Origin: a virus
Virus record (IMG/VR): IMGVR_UViG_3300027798_006580
Strand: one strand, 5' to 3'
Length of the DNA: 64,000 bases
Each line of letters opens with the position of its first letter. Positions within the stretch are counted from its first letter, which is position 1. Below are positions 28,649-37,282 of this stretch, in pieces. Made by a program: the position numbers and the translations under genes. The notes beneath the pieces are model-generated. The model saw only the letters and a list, made by a program, of their open reading frames with translations. It was not told the DNA's origin and did no database searches.

Positions 28649-29299
28649 ATGGACAATATTTCAGAAGATAATTTAATTTGGACAGTATTAGATGCTCCAA
28701 AAATACAACCCAATGATTGGAATTTTTTCTGGGAACAATGGAAAAAATATTCAGGTGCAAGCCACATTGTAAAAAGTGATCCAGCTGGTAACATAGCTTC
28801 AGAAACATCTAAAGGTATAGATTTTTTCAAAGGCTTGAACATCTACGCTAAACATCCTGATATGTTAAAAGACAATCACTGGCAAGTACCATTTTTAGAT
28901 TATCGGGAAATATTTCCAAATGTTATAGATGATTTACATAGTGCAGTACCGTGGGCCGAAATACATTTTTGTAGATTATGGATGAGCAATGTTCCTATTC
29001 CGTTTCATAGAGATCACACGAAAGAAGATGTTGCTCTTAGAGCAATGATATACAACGAAAATCCACGCGGTACATTTAAAGTATTCAAAGCGGCGGCCGG
29101 AGTTAATTATGTAGAATTACCAGAAGATTCAAATATGTTTGCATATAATAATGCAAAATGTTTGCATGGATCAGACAGGGAAGAAGGTGTTAATAAAATG
29201 ATTTTATTAACAATTCATAAAACAAAAGATAAACAAGCAATGGAAGAGCATTTTAAACGTAGTGCAGGAAAATATCCAGGAAGGTTTAAGTACTCTTGA
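28649..29299 (+). CDS. 2OG-Fe(II)/cupin oxygenase-like protein
   Basis: HRD...LHGSD...KMIL. Confidence 0.65.
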   Translation: MDNISEDNLIWTVLDAPKIQPNDWNFFWEQWKKYSGASHIVKSDPAGNIASETSKGIDFFKGLNIYAKHPDMLKDNHWQVPFLDYREIFPNVIDDLHSAVPWAEIHFCRLWMSNVPIPFHRDHTKEDVALRAMIYNENPRGTFKVFKAAAGVNYVELPEDSNMFAYNNAKCLHGSDREEGVNKMILLTIHKTKDKQAMEEHFKRSAGKYPGRFKYS

Positions 29300-29453
29300 T
29301 GTTTTTATTAATACGTGTTACAATAACAAATCGTTGTTCATTGCTGAGTTTAGGCCACTCGGCCACTTCTTCTTTGGTGCGATAACAACCAATGCAAATA
29401 TTATTATCATTTAGCTTACAAATGCTTTTACAAGGATTAGGGATTAGTTTCAT
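29286..29453 (-). CDS. DUF1289-like small Cys protein (not in ORF track)
   Basis: MKLIPNPCKSICKLNDNNICIGCYRTKEEVAEW... Confidence 0.75.
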   Translation of the reverse strand: MKLIPNPCKSICKLNDNNICIGCYRTKEEVAEWPKLSNEQRFVIVTRINKNIKST

Positions 29454-29455
29454 TT

Positions 29456-30616
29456 ATGTATAAAAATCAAGTTACGACTTGGATCAAAGATGATGTATTG
29501 GATTCGATCTACGAAGATCTTAGAAAGAAACATTACATCAAAACAGGCCATCGTTTGTATAAAAATTACTCTGAATATCATATTCAGGAAGTTAGTGCCA
29601 AGAGTATTTATTGGGGTCATTCAGGAGAACCGGAGATTATCGCTAGTATATTAACAAGGCCTTGTTGGCCAGCCGGCATTTTTCGTATTTTAAATAGATT
29701 ATGGAAACCTGCCATGCTGACAAATCCTATTTTTGAGATCAGCGAAGGTTTCGTTAAATTAATAGAAGATCAAATTAGTTGGTGTGAAATTAGAAAAGCC
29801 AAAGGTGCCTTTATGAGTAGACAAGGCGACACAGCATGGAGAGAATGGGCAATACACGAACTACAAAATAAAACAGATTTAAAATTTTATTTACCACCAC
29901 AAAAGTTTTTAACCTGTGCCACCGAAGAACACAACGACTGTTGGCAAAAAATTATGTACTGCGGGGATGAAAGTGAATTAGATAACTGGAAGAAAAAAGA
30001 AGTTCCAGTTAAGCAGGGATTACGTCTTTTAGACATGACTGATTTTAAACAGCTAAAAGAATTAGTTGATTCAAAAAGTAATATTAAGGAAATTGTAGCA
30101 GATAATTTAAGTGATATATTGCAATATAGAGCTAGATGGATTGAAGGAATGCAAACTTATTATCTAGTAGACGGCTCAAAAACTCATTATCTATATGGAT
30201 GGTACATTGACGGAATCTTAATAAGTTGCATGGGTTGGCGTTGTGATTTACCTGCTCCGTATAATGACGGCTGGGTAGTAGGAAATTTAAAAAGTCGGCC
30301 CGGGTATACCGTGAAAACAAATGGTATCTTAGAACTATGGAATAAAATGTTTGAAATCTGCGAAGGTAAAGGATTAACAAAATGGCACATGGTTATTCCA
30401 GTTTCAAATAGCAGAAGGTATCAGCTAGTAGCCGATCGTTATTTTAAAGAAATTGACAGTAGTTATGAATATGAGTGGTCTATTATTATTCCTCCGAATG
30501 AGCGTCCTACACAGGACTGGGTTTGGGGAAGTATAGGCAGAATTAAACTAAATACAGAGATAAGAGTAAGAACAGGCACAAAAAGAGCGTCTATGTTGTA
30601 CCAAAATAGTAACTAA
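29456..30616 (+). CDS. two-domain protein, probable tandem GNAT-like folds
   Basis: two halves with GNAT-like strand/helix pattern (LRLLDMTDF...YLYGWYIDGILI...EICEGKGL). Confidence 0.5.
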   Translation: MYKNQVTTWIKDDVLDSIYEDLRKKHYIKTGHRLYKNYSEYHIQEVSAKSIYWGHSGEPEIIASILTRPCWPAGIFRILNRLWKPAMLTNPIFEISEGFVKLIEDQISWCEIRKAKGAFMSRQGDTAWREWAIHELQNKTDLKFYLPPQKFLTCATEEHNDCWQKIMYCGDESELDNWKKKEVPVKQGLRLLDMTDFKQLKELVDSKSNIKEIVADNLSDILQYRARWIEGMQTYYLVDGSKTHYLYGWYIDGILISCMGWRCDLPAPYNDGWVVGNLKSRPGYTVKTNGILELWNKMFEICEGKGLTKWHMVIPVSNSRRYQLVADRYFKEIDSSYEYEWSIIIPPNERPTQDWVWGSIGRIKLNTEIRVRTGTKRASMLYQNSN

Positions 30617-30628
30617 AATAGGAATAAA

Positions 30629-31441
30629 ATGCGTAAACAATTAACTTTCGTTGATTTTTTTAAATTAACTTTTAAATATAAAAATTTATGGGCGGGCCTG
30701 ATTCCCATGAATTTAATAGCCATAGCCGCCATTATATCTGTATTTAATGGTATGTGGGAAAATTTATATTGGCTGTATTTAGGTCTGGGATATTTTTGCA
30801 TCATGATGCTGGGAGTTACTATTGGCTATCATAGATATGTTAGTCATAAAAGTTTTGAAACATATACTCCAATCAAATACATTATTCTATTCTTTGCTAT
30901 GCTAGCGGGTCAGGGCAGTCCTATTTTCTGGACAGCGACACATCGAGATCTGCATCATCCCTATAGTGATGGCGAAAAAGATCCGCATAGTCCCAATAAA
31001 GGATTGATGACTAGCTGGTTTTTATGGCTTTGGAAGATAGAAGAAAAGGATATTAATTACAGACATATTATTGATTTATTAAAAAATCCAGTATATGCAT
31101 TCTGTCACAAATATTATATGGAACTATATTGGACTGCAAATTTAGTAATAGCATTAATTAGTTTTGAATTTTGGATTTGGTTCGTTATAGTTCCTAGTTT
31201 TATCACTTTTCATAGCTACAGTATTACAAATTCATTGAATCATTTTAAAGTAATGGGTTATCAAAACTATGAATCCGGCGACAACAGTGTTAATAGTCCG
31301 TGGTTATTTCCGTTTGTATTAGGTGAATGCTGGCATAATAATCATCATGGCGACGTGCAAGCATATAATTTTGGACGAGTACGCTGGTGGGAAATTGATC
31401 CTAGCGGCTGGATAATTGATTTAATCAAAAAGAAAAGCTAA
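30629..31441 (+). CDS. membrane acyl-CoA/lipid desaturase (delta-9 type)
   Basis: His boxes HRYVSH, HRDLHH, HNNHH; DPHSP. Confidence 0.92.
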   Translation: MRKQLTFVDFFKLTFKYKNLWAGLIPMNLIAIAAIISVFNGMWENLYWLYLGLGYFCIMMLGVTIGYHRYVSHKSFETYTPIKYIILFFAMLAGQGSPIFWTATHRDLHHPYSDGEKDPHSPNKGLMTSWFLWLWKIEEKDINYRHIIDLLKNPVYAFCHKYYMELYWTANLVIALISFEFWIWFVIVPSFITFHSYSITNSLNHFKVMGYQNYESGDNSVNSPWLFPFVLGECWHNNHHGDVQAYNFGRVRWWEIDPSGWIIDLIKKKS

Positions 31442-31444
31442 CTA

Positions 31445-32581
31445 ATGACACGCATAAAAATTTATAAGGAAGAAGTTCCTAATAATAGGCCCTGCCATGT
31501 TTGGATTGAAAATAATTACAAATTAATTGATAAAATGAACAAGTTGACTCCCAAGCACGACGGGAAACAGCTGACTAGGTTGAAGTTAGATTTTGATACT
31601 GATCAACTTTTATTAGATATTAAAAAAGCAACATACAAACACAAATGGTGGGGCTGGATTAATAAAAATAGTAGTACTGGATATTTAGAAGATAATAAAA
31701 TTACCAGGATGTACGAAGGCAGAGACTTTTTAAATCGCGGCAGTTATTATGGCGGCTGGAGTATTAAAAATAATCCTATTTATTGCAGTAGTCATGGCCT
31801 TACTCCTGAAAGTGCCGGCATGGGAGAACTACCAAGTCCGATTAGTTGGTTCATTTTTTCTTCACTGGGCAGTGAAATTTTTAAAAAATTAGAACAAAGT
31901 CAGAAATTATTACCGCTGACTCGTGTTGCTGTAGAAGAAGGTTACCAGCAAGTTCTAAGATTATTAGTTCAATCAGAACTTATTACTGCTGAACAAGCAG
32001 AATCTATAAAATTACCTGTCGAAGAAAAATTAAGTCCCCATCATCAAGAAAAAGATAGTTATTACGATACATGGAGTTTTACCAACTGGACTGATGCCGC
32101 AACAGAAAGCGGAGTTCGCACTCTAGCTGAAAGTGCTAACTGTCAATTACTCAGAAGTCGAGTAGCATGGCAACGCGGCGCATTTAGAGATTATAGAATT
32201 GCTAACAAGGAGTACGAAAATAGAAATGATCGATGGACTTGGCACAGCGATGAACCCATAGTTCATAATACTCGTGTTATTATCCCTGTGCAAACTACCA
32301 ATGCATATGCCATGGAAATTGCAGAAAATGGACCGCGTGTTCCTGAAAAAGGATATGCTTATACATGGGATACTAACATTGTACACAGACAAATACAAAT
32401 TGATAACACAGATAAAACAGATCGAATCTATGTTATTCTTGGATTTAATCCATGGTTCAACTGGATTCCAGAAGAACAAGCATGGGAAAGCAATGACTTC
32501 TATGGTAAAATGCATCCTTTAGATATGATGATGGACGGACTAATTTTGCCAAATGTTAAATTTGATAAGGTAATAGAATGA
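31445..32581 (+). CDS. Asp/Asn beta-hydroxylase-like 2OG oxygenase
   Basis: LRSRV...WHSDE...RVIIPV...WDTNIVHR...RIYVILG. Confidence 0.65.
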   Translation: MTRIKIYKEEVPNNRPCHVWIENNYKLIDKMNKLTPKHDGKQLTRLKLDFDTDQLLLDIKKATYKHKWWGWINKNSSTGYLEDNKITRMYEGRDFLNRGSYYGGWSIKNNPIYCSSHGLTPESAGMGELPSPISWFIFSSLGSEIFKKLEQSQKLLPLTRVAVEEGYQQVLRLLVQSELITAEQAESIKLPVEEKLSPHHQEKDSYYDTWSFTNWTDAATESGVRTLAESANCQLLRSRVAWQRGAFRDYRIANKEYENRNDRWTWHSDEPIVHNTRVIIPVQTTNAYAMEIAENGPRVPEKGYAYTWDTNIVHRQIQIDNTDKTDRIYVILGFNPWFNWIPEEQAWESNDFYGKMHPLDMMMDGLILPNVKFDKVIE

Positions 32582-33330
32582 ACGGCATAGGCGGAAAACC
32601 TTTTATTAACTGTGAACAATTTCTAGATATTAAAACTTTAGAAGACCTAAATCTATCTATTTGTACAGGTATTGCGGTCAGTGATATTAAAGCAGGTGTA
32701 TACGGACCGGGCGTTGAAAATGCAGAACGTTATGGTAACTTCATGAAAATGAAAAATCAAATGTTGTCTGATCAAACTGAAATAGGTCAACGATGGAAGC
32801 GTATGACTCACAATCAACAAAATATATTTGCTAAATTATATTTTCATCTATATAATCCCAGTACAGTTTGTTATCTAAGGGAACCTGCAAAAGGCACAGA
32901 TCCTATACTTGCTTACATGAGAAAAGGCAGTGAAGATTCCTACGAATGGACTAATAATATTAAAAATTTTCCCGAGCTAAAAACTTGGCTGGATAGTTTG
33001 ATAGGCACAGTATTTGAACAGTACGGTCGTATATTATTCTTTATTCATGAACATGACTGCGGTTTGTTATTGCATAAAGATGGAATGAAATATGTGCCGC
33101 ATAAAAGCGAGTTTTTGTGGGTCAATCCCACAGGCTTAAAAAAGTTTTATATATATGACGAACACACCAGTATAAAACATGACGTGTATCCCAAGGCAGT
33201 ATTTTTCAATGACTTGGATATGCATGGCGGAGAGCCTACCAGTCAAATGACATGGTCGTTAAGAATAGATGGTGTATATACTCAAAAATTTAGAGAAAAA
33301 TTGGGTATAGATCATTTGTTAAATTATTAA
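32578..33330 (+). CDS. 2OG-Fe(II)/cupin oxygenase-like protein
   Basis: GRIL...LHKD...MHGG...SLRIDG. Confidence 0.6.
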   Translation: MNGIGGKPFINCEQFLDIKTLEDLNLSICTGIAVSDIKAGVYGPGVENAERYGNFMKMKNQMLSDQTEIGQRWKRMTHNQQNIFAKLYFHLYNPSTVCYLREPAKGTDPILAYMRKGSEDSYEWTNNIKNFPELKTWLDSLIGTVFEQYGRILFFIHEHDCGLLLHKDGMKYVPHKSEFLWVNPTGLKKFYIYDEHTSIKHDVYPKAVFFNDLDMHGGEPTSQMTWSLRIDGVYTQKFREKLGIDHLLNY

Positions 33331-33686
33331 GAATTTATAACTTCGATTTCAATTTGATAACCAACGCTATTGGTTTTTAATTCTAATTGTTTTTTAGTAT
33401 ATGTGTCAAGTAATTTGTTCTTAATACCTAATGCTTTCTCTTCATCTTTTTCTTCGATAATTAAAGTAGTAATCCAATTTACTTCCTCGCCTATAGGTTT
33501 AGTCTGAGTTACCTTAATAGGAAAACTTCTAAAGGTATCAAAAGATAAAATTGCATCGTCAATACTTTGGCCGCCCGTTTCTATCAAGTGCTCGGTGGCA
33601 GATTTTTTCTTACTGGGATTAAATGAACTAGGCAGGGTATCATCCCAGTTTGGACCTCCAAGCCATTTAACATTAATAGTGTACAT
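33327..33686 (-). CDS. hypothetical protein
   Basis: TAAATA and SD aagga upstream. Confidence 0.6.
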   Translation of the reverse strand: MYTINVKWLGGPNWDDTLPSSFNPSKKKSATEHLIETGGQSIDDAILSFDTFRSFPIKVTQTKPIGEEVNWITTLIIEEKDEEKALGIKNKLLDTYTKKQLELKTNSVGYQIEIEVINS

Positions 33687-33747
33687 AAATTTCCTTTCTA
33701 TTCTTCATAAATTTATTTATGATATATATTCTTAGAATTAGTTGACA

Positions 33748-34401
33748 TTAAACTAATGTTAAGAAATCTATAACCAAATGTGTTCTGGGACTTGTGCCGT
33801 TGTTTTGTACTGAATGCCGCATTAAATTATTAAGAATAAAACATTCTCCCGTGTCAAAATGACGTTTTTCGTCATTACATGTAATGTAGCTTTCGTTGTT
33901 TGTTTCTAATACCAAATGAACTCTTGTAGTTTCTTCTACAAGTCGATGGCCATCTATATGACTTTTAATTTGTGTATTCGATGTTAGTGTGTTGATTTCC
34001 ACTCCGTGTGTATAATATTGTCGCTGATTGTAATTGTTCAACGCAGTCATCATTTTTGTAGCCAATGGCACAATTAGATCTCGTACATTACGACTAAACT
34101 CCATGCGTTCAATGCTGTTATCAAGTCCAAGATGCCAAAACAGGCCGGCCCAATTGGCATCAGTGTTTTCTTCAGGATTGATACAGCCATTTGCCAATCG
34201 TATATATTTAGATTCGGCGAAGTCAGCTCTTCCTTTGATGTTCGGAGTCAGTAAATGTTGTACTGCCGGATCACTGATGTATGCTAAAAGATTGTTTATT
34301 TCTTCTTTTGTAATATCAACGGTCAGTGATTGAAAAGGAACGTTCAGCTTGACATTGGATTTCAAATAATTAAGCGTTTTAAATAATAGTCCAAATTCCA
34401 T
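33748..34401 (-). CDS. Asp/Asn beta-hydroxylase-like 2OG oxygenase
   Basis: SHID...RVHLVL...HSVQN...RTHLVIDF. Confidence 0.75.
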   Translation of the reverse strand: MEFGLLFKTLNYLKSNVKLNVPFQSLTVDITKEEINNLLAYISDPAVQHLLTPNIKGRADFAESKYIRLANGCINPEENTDANWAGLFWHLGLDNSIERMEFSRNVRDLIVPLATKMMTALNNYNQRQYYTHGVEINTLTSNTQIKSHIDGHRLVEETTRVHLVLETNNESYITCNDEKRHFDTGECFILNNLMRHSVQNNGTSPRTHLVIDFLTLV

Positions 34402-34438
34402 AACATTATTTATAACAATAAATAGACTACACTATTAA

Positions 34439-34560
34439 TTGACATAAAGTAAAAGATGTTGTATAATAGACTTTGTTAAGCAGTAATTCATTGTAGTCAT
34501 TGTTTACCAATAACTAGTTGGCCAAATCTAATTGACATAAATTGGATTCTGTGTTATAAT
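34439..34560 (+). promoter_or_regulatory. tandem sigma70 promoters (34439-34467, 34532-34560)
   Basis: two AATTGACATAAA...TATAAT promoters, each with a 17-bp spacer. Confidence 0.9.
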
Positions 34561-34584
34561 AGTTCTATGTTAAGCAATTAGCAT

Positions 34585-34596
34585 TGTTCTTTAAAA
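34585..34596 (+). promoter_or_regulatory. boxA-like antitermination site
   Basis: TGTTCTTTAAAA versus rrn boxA TGCTCTTTAACA. Confidence 0.65.
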
Positions 34597-34629
34597 ATTT
34601 ATCCCACATATGAAACGCTGTGAAGCGTC

Positions 34630-34850
34630 ATTCATATGTAAATGTATTATAGGTTACCTACACCGTTAGGTACTTAAGGCGAGGACAGTGAGGCCGCTCA
34701 CGCTCAATATAAGTATATGAAACAGGAGCGCAAGCTCTGGAGATGCGACGGAGTATGTAGGAAGTAATGACCGTACAGGCCCTTGACGGAGACGTTCCCC
34801 TGGGTAGACATAGATGTACAATGGTTCCTATAGTATTTTTACATATGAAT
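34630..34850 (+). ncRNA. candidate ~220-nt structured RNA
   Basis: closing stem attcatatgtaaa/tttacatatgaat plus tattatagg/cctatagta; gagc-GCAA-gctc; abuts tRNA-Leu. Confidence 0.55.
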
Positions 34851-34927
34851 GCCCAGGTGACGGAATTGGTATACGTGTTGGTCTTAGAAGCCAAATTTTG
34901 AGAGTTCGAGTCTCTCCTTGGGCACCA
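34851..34927 (+). tRNA. tRNA-Leu (TAG) with short variable loop
   Basis: ttggt-CT-TAG-AA-gccaa, 5-nt variable loop, A73, CCA. Confidence 0.85.
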
Positions 34928-35184
34928 AGTTTTGTGGTAAGGAAAGTAAAAGGAGAATGGGAAAGTTATTGACTAATCAATAACCGGATACCTCACCTGC
35001 CATGTTTTAATTTTGAGAGCCACATCGCCTGGACACTTCCTTTGGTAACAAAGCACTAGGTCCTGCAACCGTGGCTCTCCCCTTTTTAATTTACACTAAA
35101 GTGTGACTGCGTCACTGGCAACAGTGAGAGGCCTGTTCTAGCTACAGGACATTAGTGTGAGTTGATATCATAAGTAAGTACATT

Positions 35185-35272
35185 GGAGCATTGGCCGACC
35201 GGTTAAGGCAACAGATTGCTAATCTGTCATTCAGCAATGGGTGAGTAGGTTCGATTCCTACATGCTCCGCCA
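35185..35272 (+). tRNA. tRNA-Ser (GCT)
   Basis: long variable arm, CCA. Confidence 0.95.
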
Positions 35273-35287
35273 AAGTAAAAGGTTAAT

Positions 35288-35428
35288 ATGACAACTAACG
35301 AAATAATTGAAAAAGCCTATGGGAATATTCCTAAAGAAGTTGGCATGAGTTTCGATTTGTCATGGATACCTACACCACGTGGTGTTAAGTACTACTGGTT
35401 AGTTCTAGTAAGAAAATTTACAAGATAA
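35288..35428 (+). CDS. 46-aa hypothetical protein within tRNA array
   Basis: MTTNEIIEKAYGNIPKEV... Confidence 0.5.
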   Translation: MTTNEIIEKAYGNIPKEVGMSFDLSWIPTPRGVKYYWLVLVRKFTR

Positions 35429-35430
35429 TC

Positions 35431-35506
35431 GGGTCGTTAGCTCAGTTGGTAGAGCGTCTGCCTTACACGCAGAATGTCGGCAGTTCGAGCCTGTCACGAC
35501 CCACCA
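35431..35506 (+). tRNA. tRNA-Val (TAC)
   Basis: cloverleaf, CCA. Confidence 0.95.
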
Positions 35507-35512
35507 AATTAT

Positions 35513-35588
35513 TCCTCAGTAGCTCAGTTGGTAGAGTAGCGGACTGTTAATCCGTTGGTCGCTGGATCGTGCCCAGCCTGAGGAGCCA
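35513..35588 (+). tRNA. tRNA-Asn (GTT) with atypical T-loop
   Basis: canonical Asn body; T-loop ATCGTGC. Confidence 0.9.
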
Positions 35589-35600
35589 AGTTTTTATAAT

Positions 35601-35676
35601 GGGGGTGTAGCTCAGTTGGGAGAGCGGTTGCTTTGCAAGCAATAGGTCGCAGGTTCGATCCCTGTCTCCTCCACCA
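35601..35676 (+). tRNA. tRNA-Ala (TGC)
   Basis: G3:U70, CCA. Confidence 0.95.
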
Positions 35677-35682
35677 TTTTTC

Positions 35683-35757
35683 GGAGCGTTCGTCTATCGG
35701 TTAGGACACTGGCCTTTCACGTCGGTAAGAGGAGTTCGATTCTCCTACGCTCTACCA
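35683..35757 (+). tRNA. tRNA-Glu (TTC), second copy
   Basis: cloverleaf, CCA. Confidence 0.9.
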
Positions 35758-35760
35758 AAC

Positions 35761-36010
35761 ATGCCAAGTATCGTTGGCTACTCTGACCCAGAGGATGAAG
35801 TGCAGTGATGTGTACGGGTGGTTCGAGCAAGGGCCTGCCCCCAGCAATGGGGATGGTAAATCTGCTCCGGCGCAAGCCGCAGTTAAACCGAACTGGCGTT
35901 AGCAATACGAGAACGGTCCCTGTCGGGAAGCGGGTGGAAGGTACGTGTGATGGGTATGATAGCGTCATATCTTGATGTACTACAATTACCGCCGGGGGAT
36001 GCAGAGCATA
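35761..36010 (+). ncRNA. candidate ~250-nt GC-rich structured RNA
   Basis: three GCAA-tetraloop hairpins, a GTTCGA motif, ctctg/cagag closing helix. Confidence 0.6.
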
Positions 36011-36090
36011 TTGAAACACATTAAAGATAGGGTCGTAGCGGTTCAATGAACTTGAGTACATACCAAGGTAGTTAGTGTGTTTCAATATGT
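36006..36090 (+). ncRNA. long-stem cassette RNA
   Basis: 19-bp stem gcatattgaaacacattaa/ttagtgtgtttcaatatgt, 47-nt loop. Confidence 0.6.
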
Positions 36091-36159
36091 CCTGGCAAAA
36101 CGCAAATTGACATAAAATGACATCTATAGTATACTACAATCTTAGTACAAGGAGACATA

Positions 36160-37278
36160 ATGTCCAAAAGAGAGATAACTGTAGAAAAGTTTAAAAACAA
36201 ATTTACAGACGTAGTCCGCCATACCAAAATGGAAGTGGTGGACATCGTCATTGCACTAGAGAAAATGGATCCCACTAAGAACTTGCAGTATGTTCCTTGG
36301 CTGGCCAAACAACTAATCAATAACCAATTTAAGTTTGAGGATACAGAAAGAGTTAAAACTGTATTAACAAATTTTGACAAGCTAAAACCTCGTTTGGCTA
36401 AGCGAGACATTAACCAATTTAGTTTTTATGAGCTAGATGAGACCATAGATAAAGTTCTCAATCCTGAGATTAAGGAAGTACTAGTAACTAAAACTGTAAA
36501 AGAAGAAGGTGCCTTTCCAATTATTAAAAACACAAAGATATTGTACAATGGTCCTTTTGGCCAGTTGGCCAGTCCACAAACCGCTACCGCCGCAAGACAT
36601 TTGGGTGCAGGCACAAAGTGGTGTACTACACAGGCAACTTTCTTTAAAGACTACACTGAGACCAGTGATTTATATGTTTGGAGAGACCGCAATGGTAGCA
36701 AGTACCAATATCAGATCCAACATGACTATGCTAACAGAATTACATTATATGATGCCCGAGATAGAAGATTAGATTGGGCAGAGCAACAAAAATTTGAAGA
36801 ACATCCTGTACTTGGTCAGATTATAAAAAACCAAATAAAAGCATACACAGATTATCTGTTTAAGCAAAAGAAGGCACAACACGAGCAGGACCGACTCTAC
36901 GACATGGTCAAATATGTTTTAGATGAAACGGGCATTAACATTAAGCACGTTAAAAAGATTAACTCCTATGCTGGCGGCATGGAAGGCTTTTGTAAAGACC
37001 TGTTAGCTAAAAAGTATGACCTAATAGAGCCGCAGATGGCCCTGGGTCCACGTAGTAGCCAAGAATATGCTATGTTTATTAAAAAGGCAAGATGGGTAGA
37101 ACAGGAACCTCTCATTGCTAAACATGCAGTAAGTTGGACAATGTACAGTAGAGAAATACTGGGCACTAACAATATGACAAAGGCAGGCCGTACGCAACGA
37201 GATAAGATGCGTAAGGAAGTGTTAAAGACAATTGGTCTCAAACTTACTTCTAAAATGAAGAAACTTCCACAATGGTGA
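36160..37278 (+). CDS. hypothetical phage protein (WCT motif)
   Basis: sigma70 promoter at 36107-36135, SD aggag; AARHLGAGTKWCTT. Confidence 0.75.
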   Translation: MSKREITVEKFKNKFTDVVRHTKMEVVDIVIALEKMDPTKNLQYVPWLAKQLINNQFKFEDTERVKTVLTNFDKLKPRLAKRDINQFSFYELDETIDKVLNPEIKEVLVTKTVKEEGAFPIIKNTKILYNGPFGQLASPQTATAARHLGAGTKWCTTQATFFKDYTETSDLYVWRDRNGSKYQYQIQHDYANRITLYDARDRRLDWAEQQKFEEHPVLGQIIKNQIKAYTDYLFKQKKAQHEQDRLYDMVKYVLDETGINIKHVKKINSYAGGMEGFCKDLLAKKYDLIEPQMALGPRSSQEYAMFIKKARWVEQEPLIAKHAVSWTMYSREILGTNNMTKAGRTQRDKMRKEVLKTIGLKLTSKMKKLPQW

Positions 37279-37282
37279 TATA

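Noticed and set aside
35761-36010. tmRNA, RNase P RNA or SRP RNA
   Set aside because: Lacks the tRNA-Ala-like ends, the GAGGAAAGTCC box and the SRP domain IV motif.
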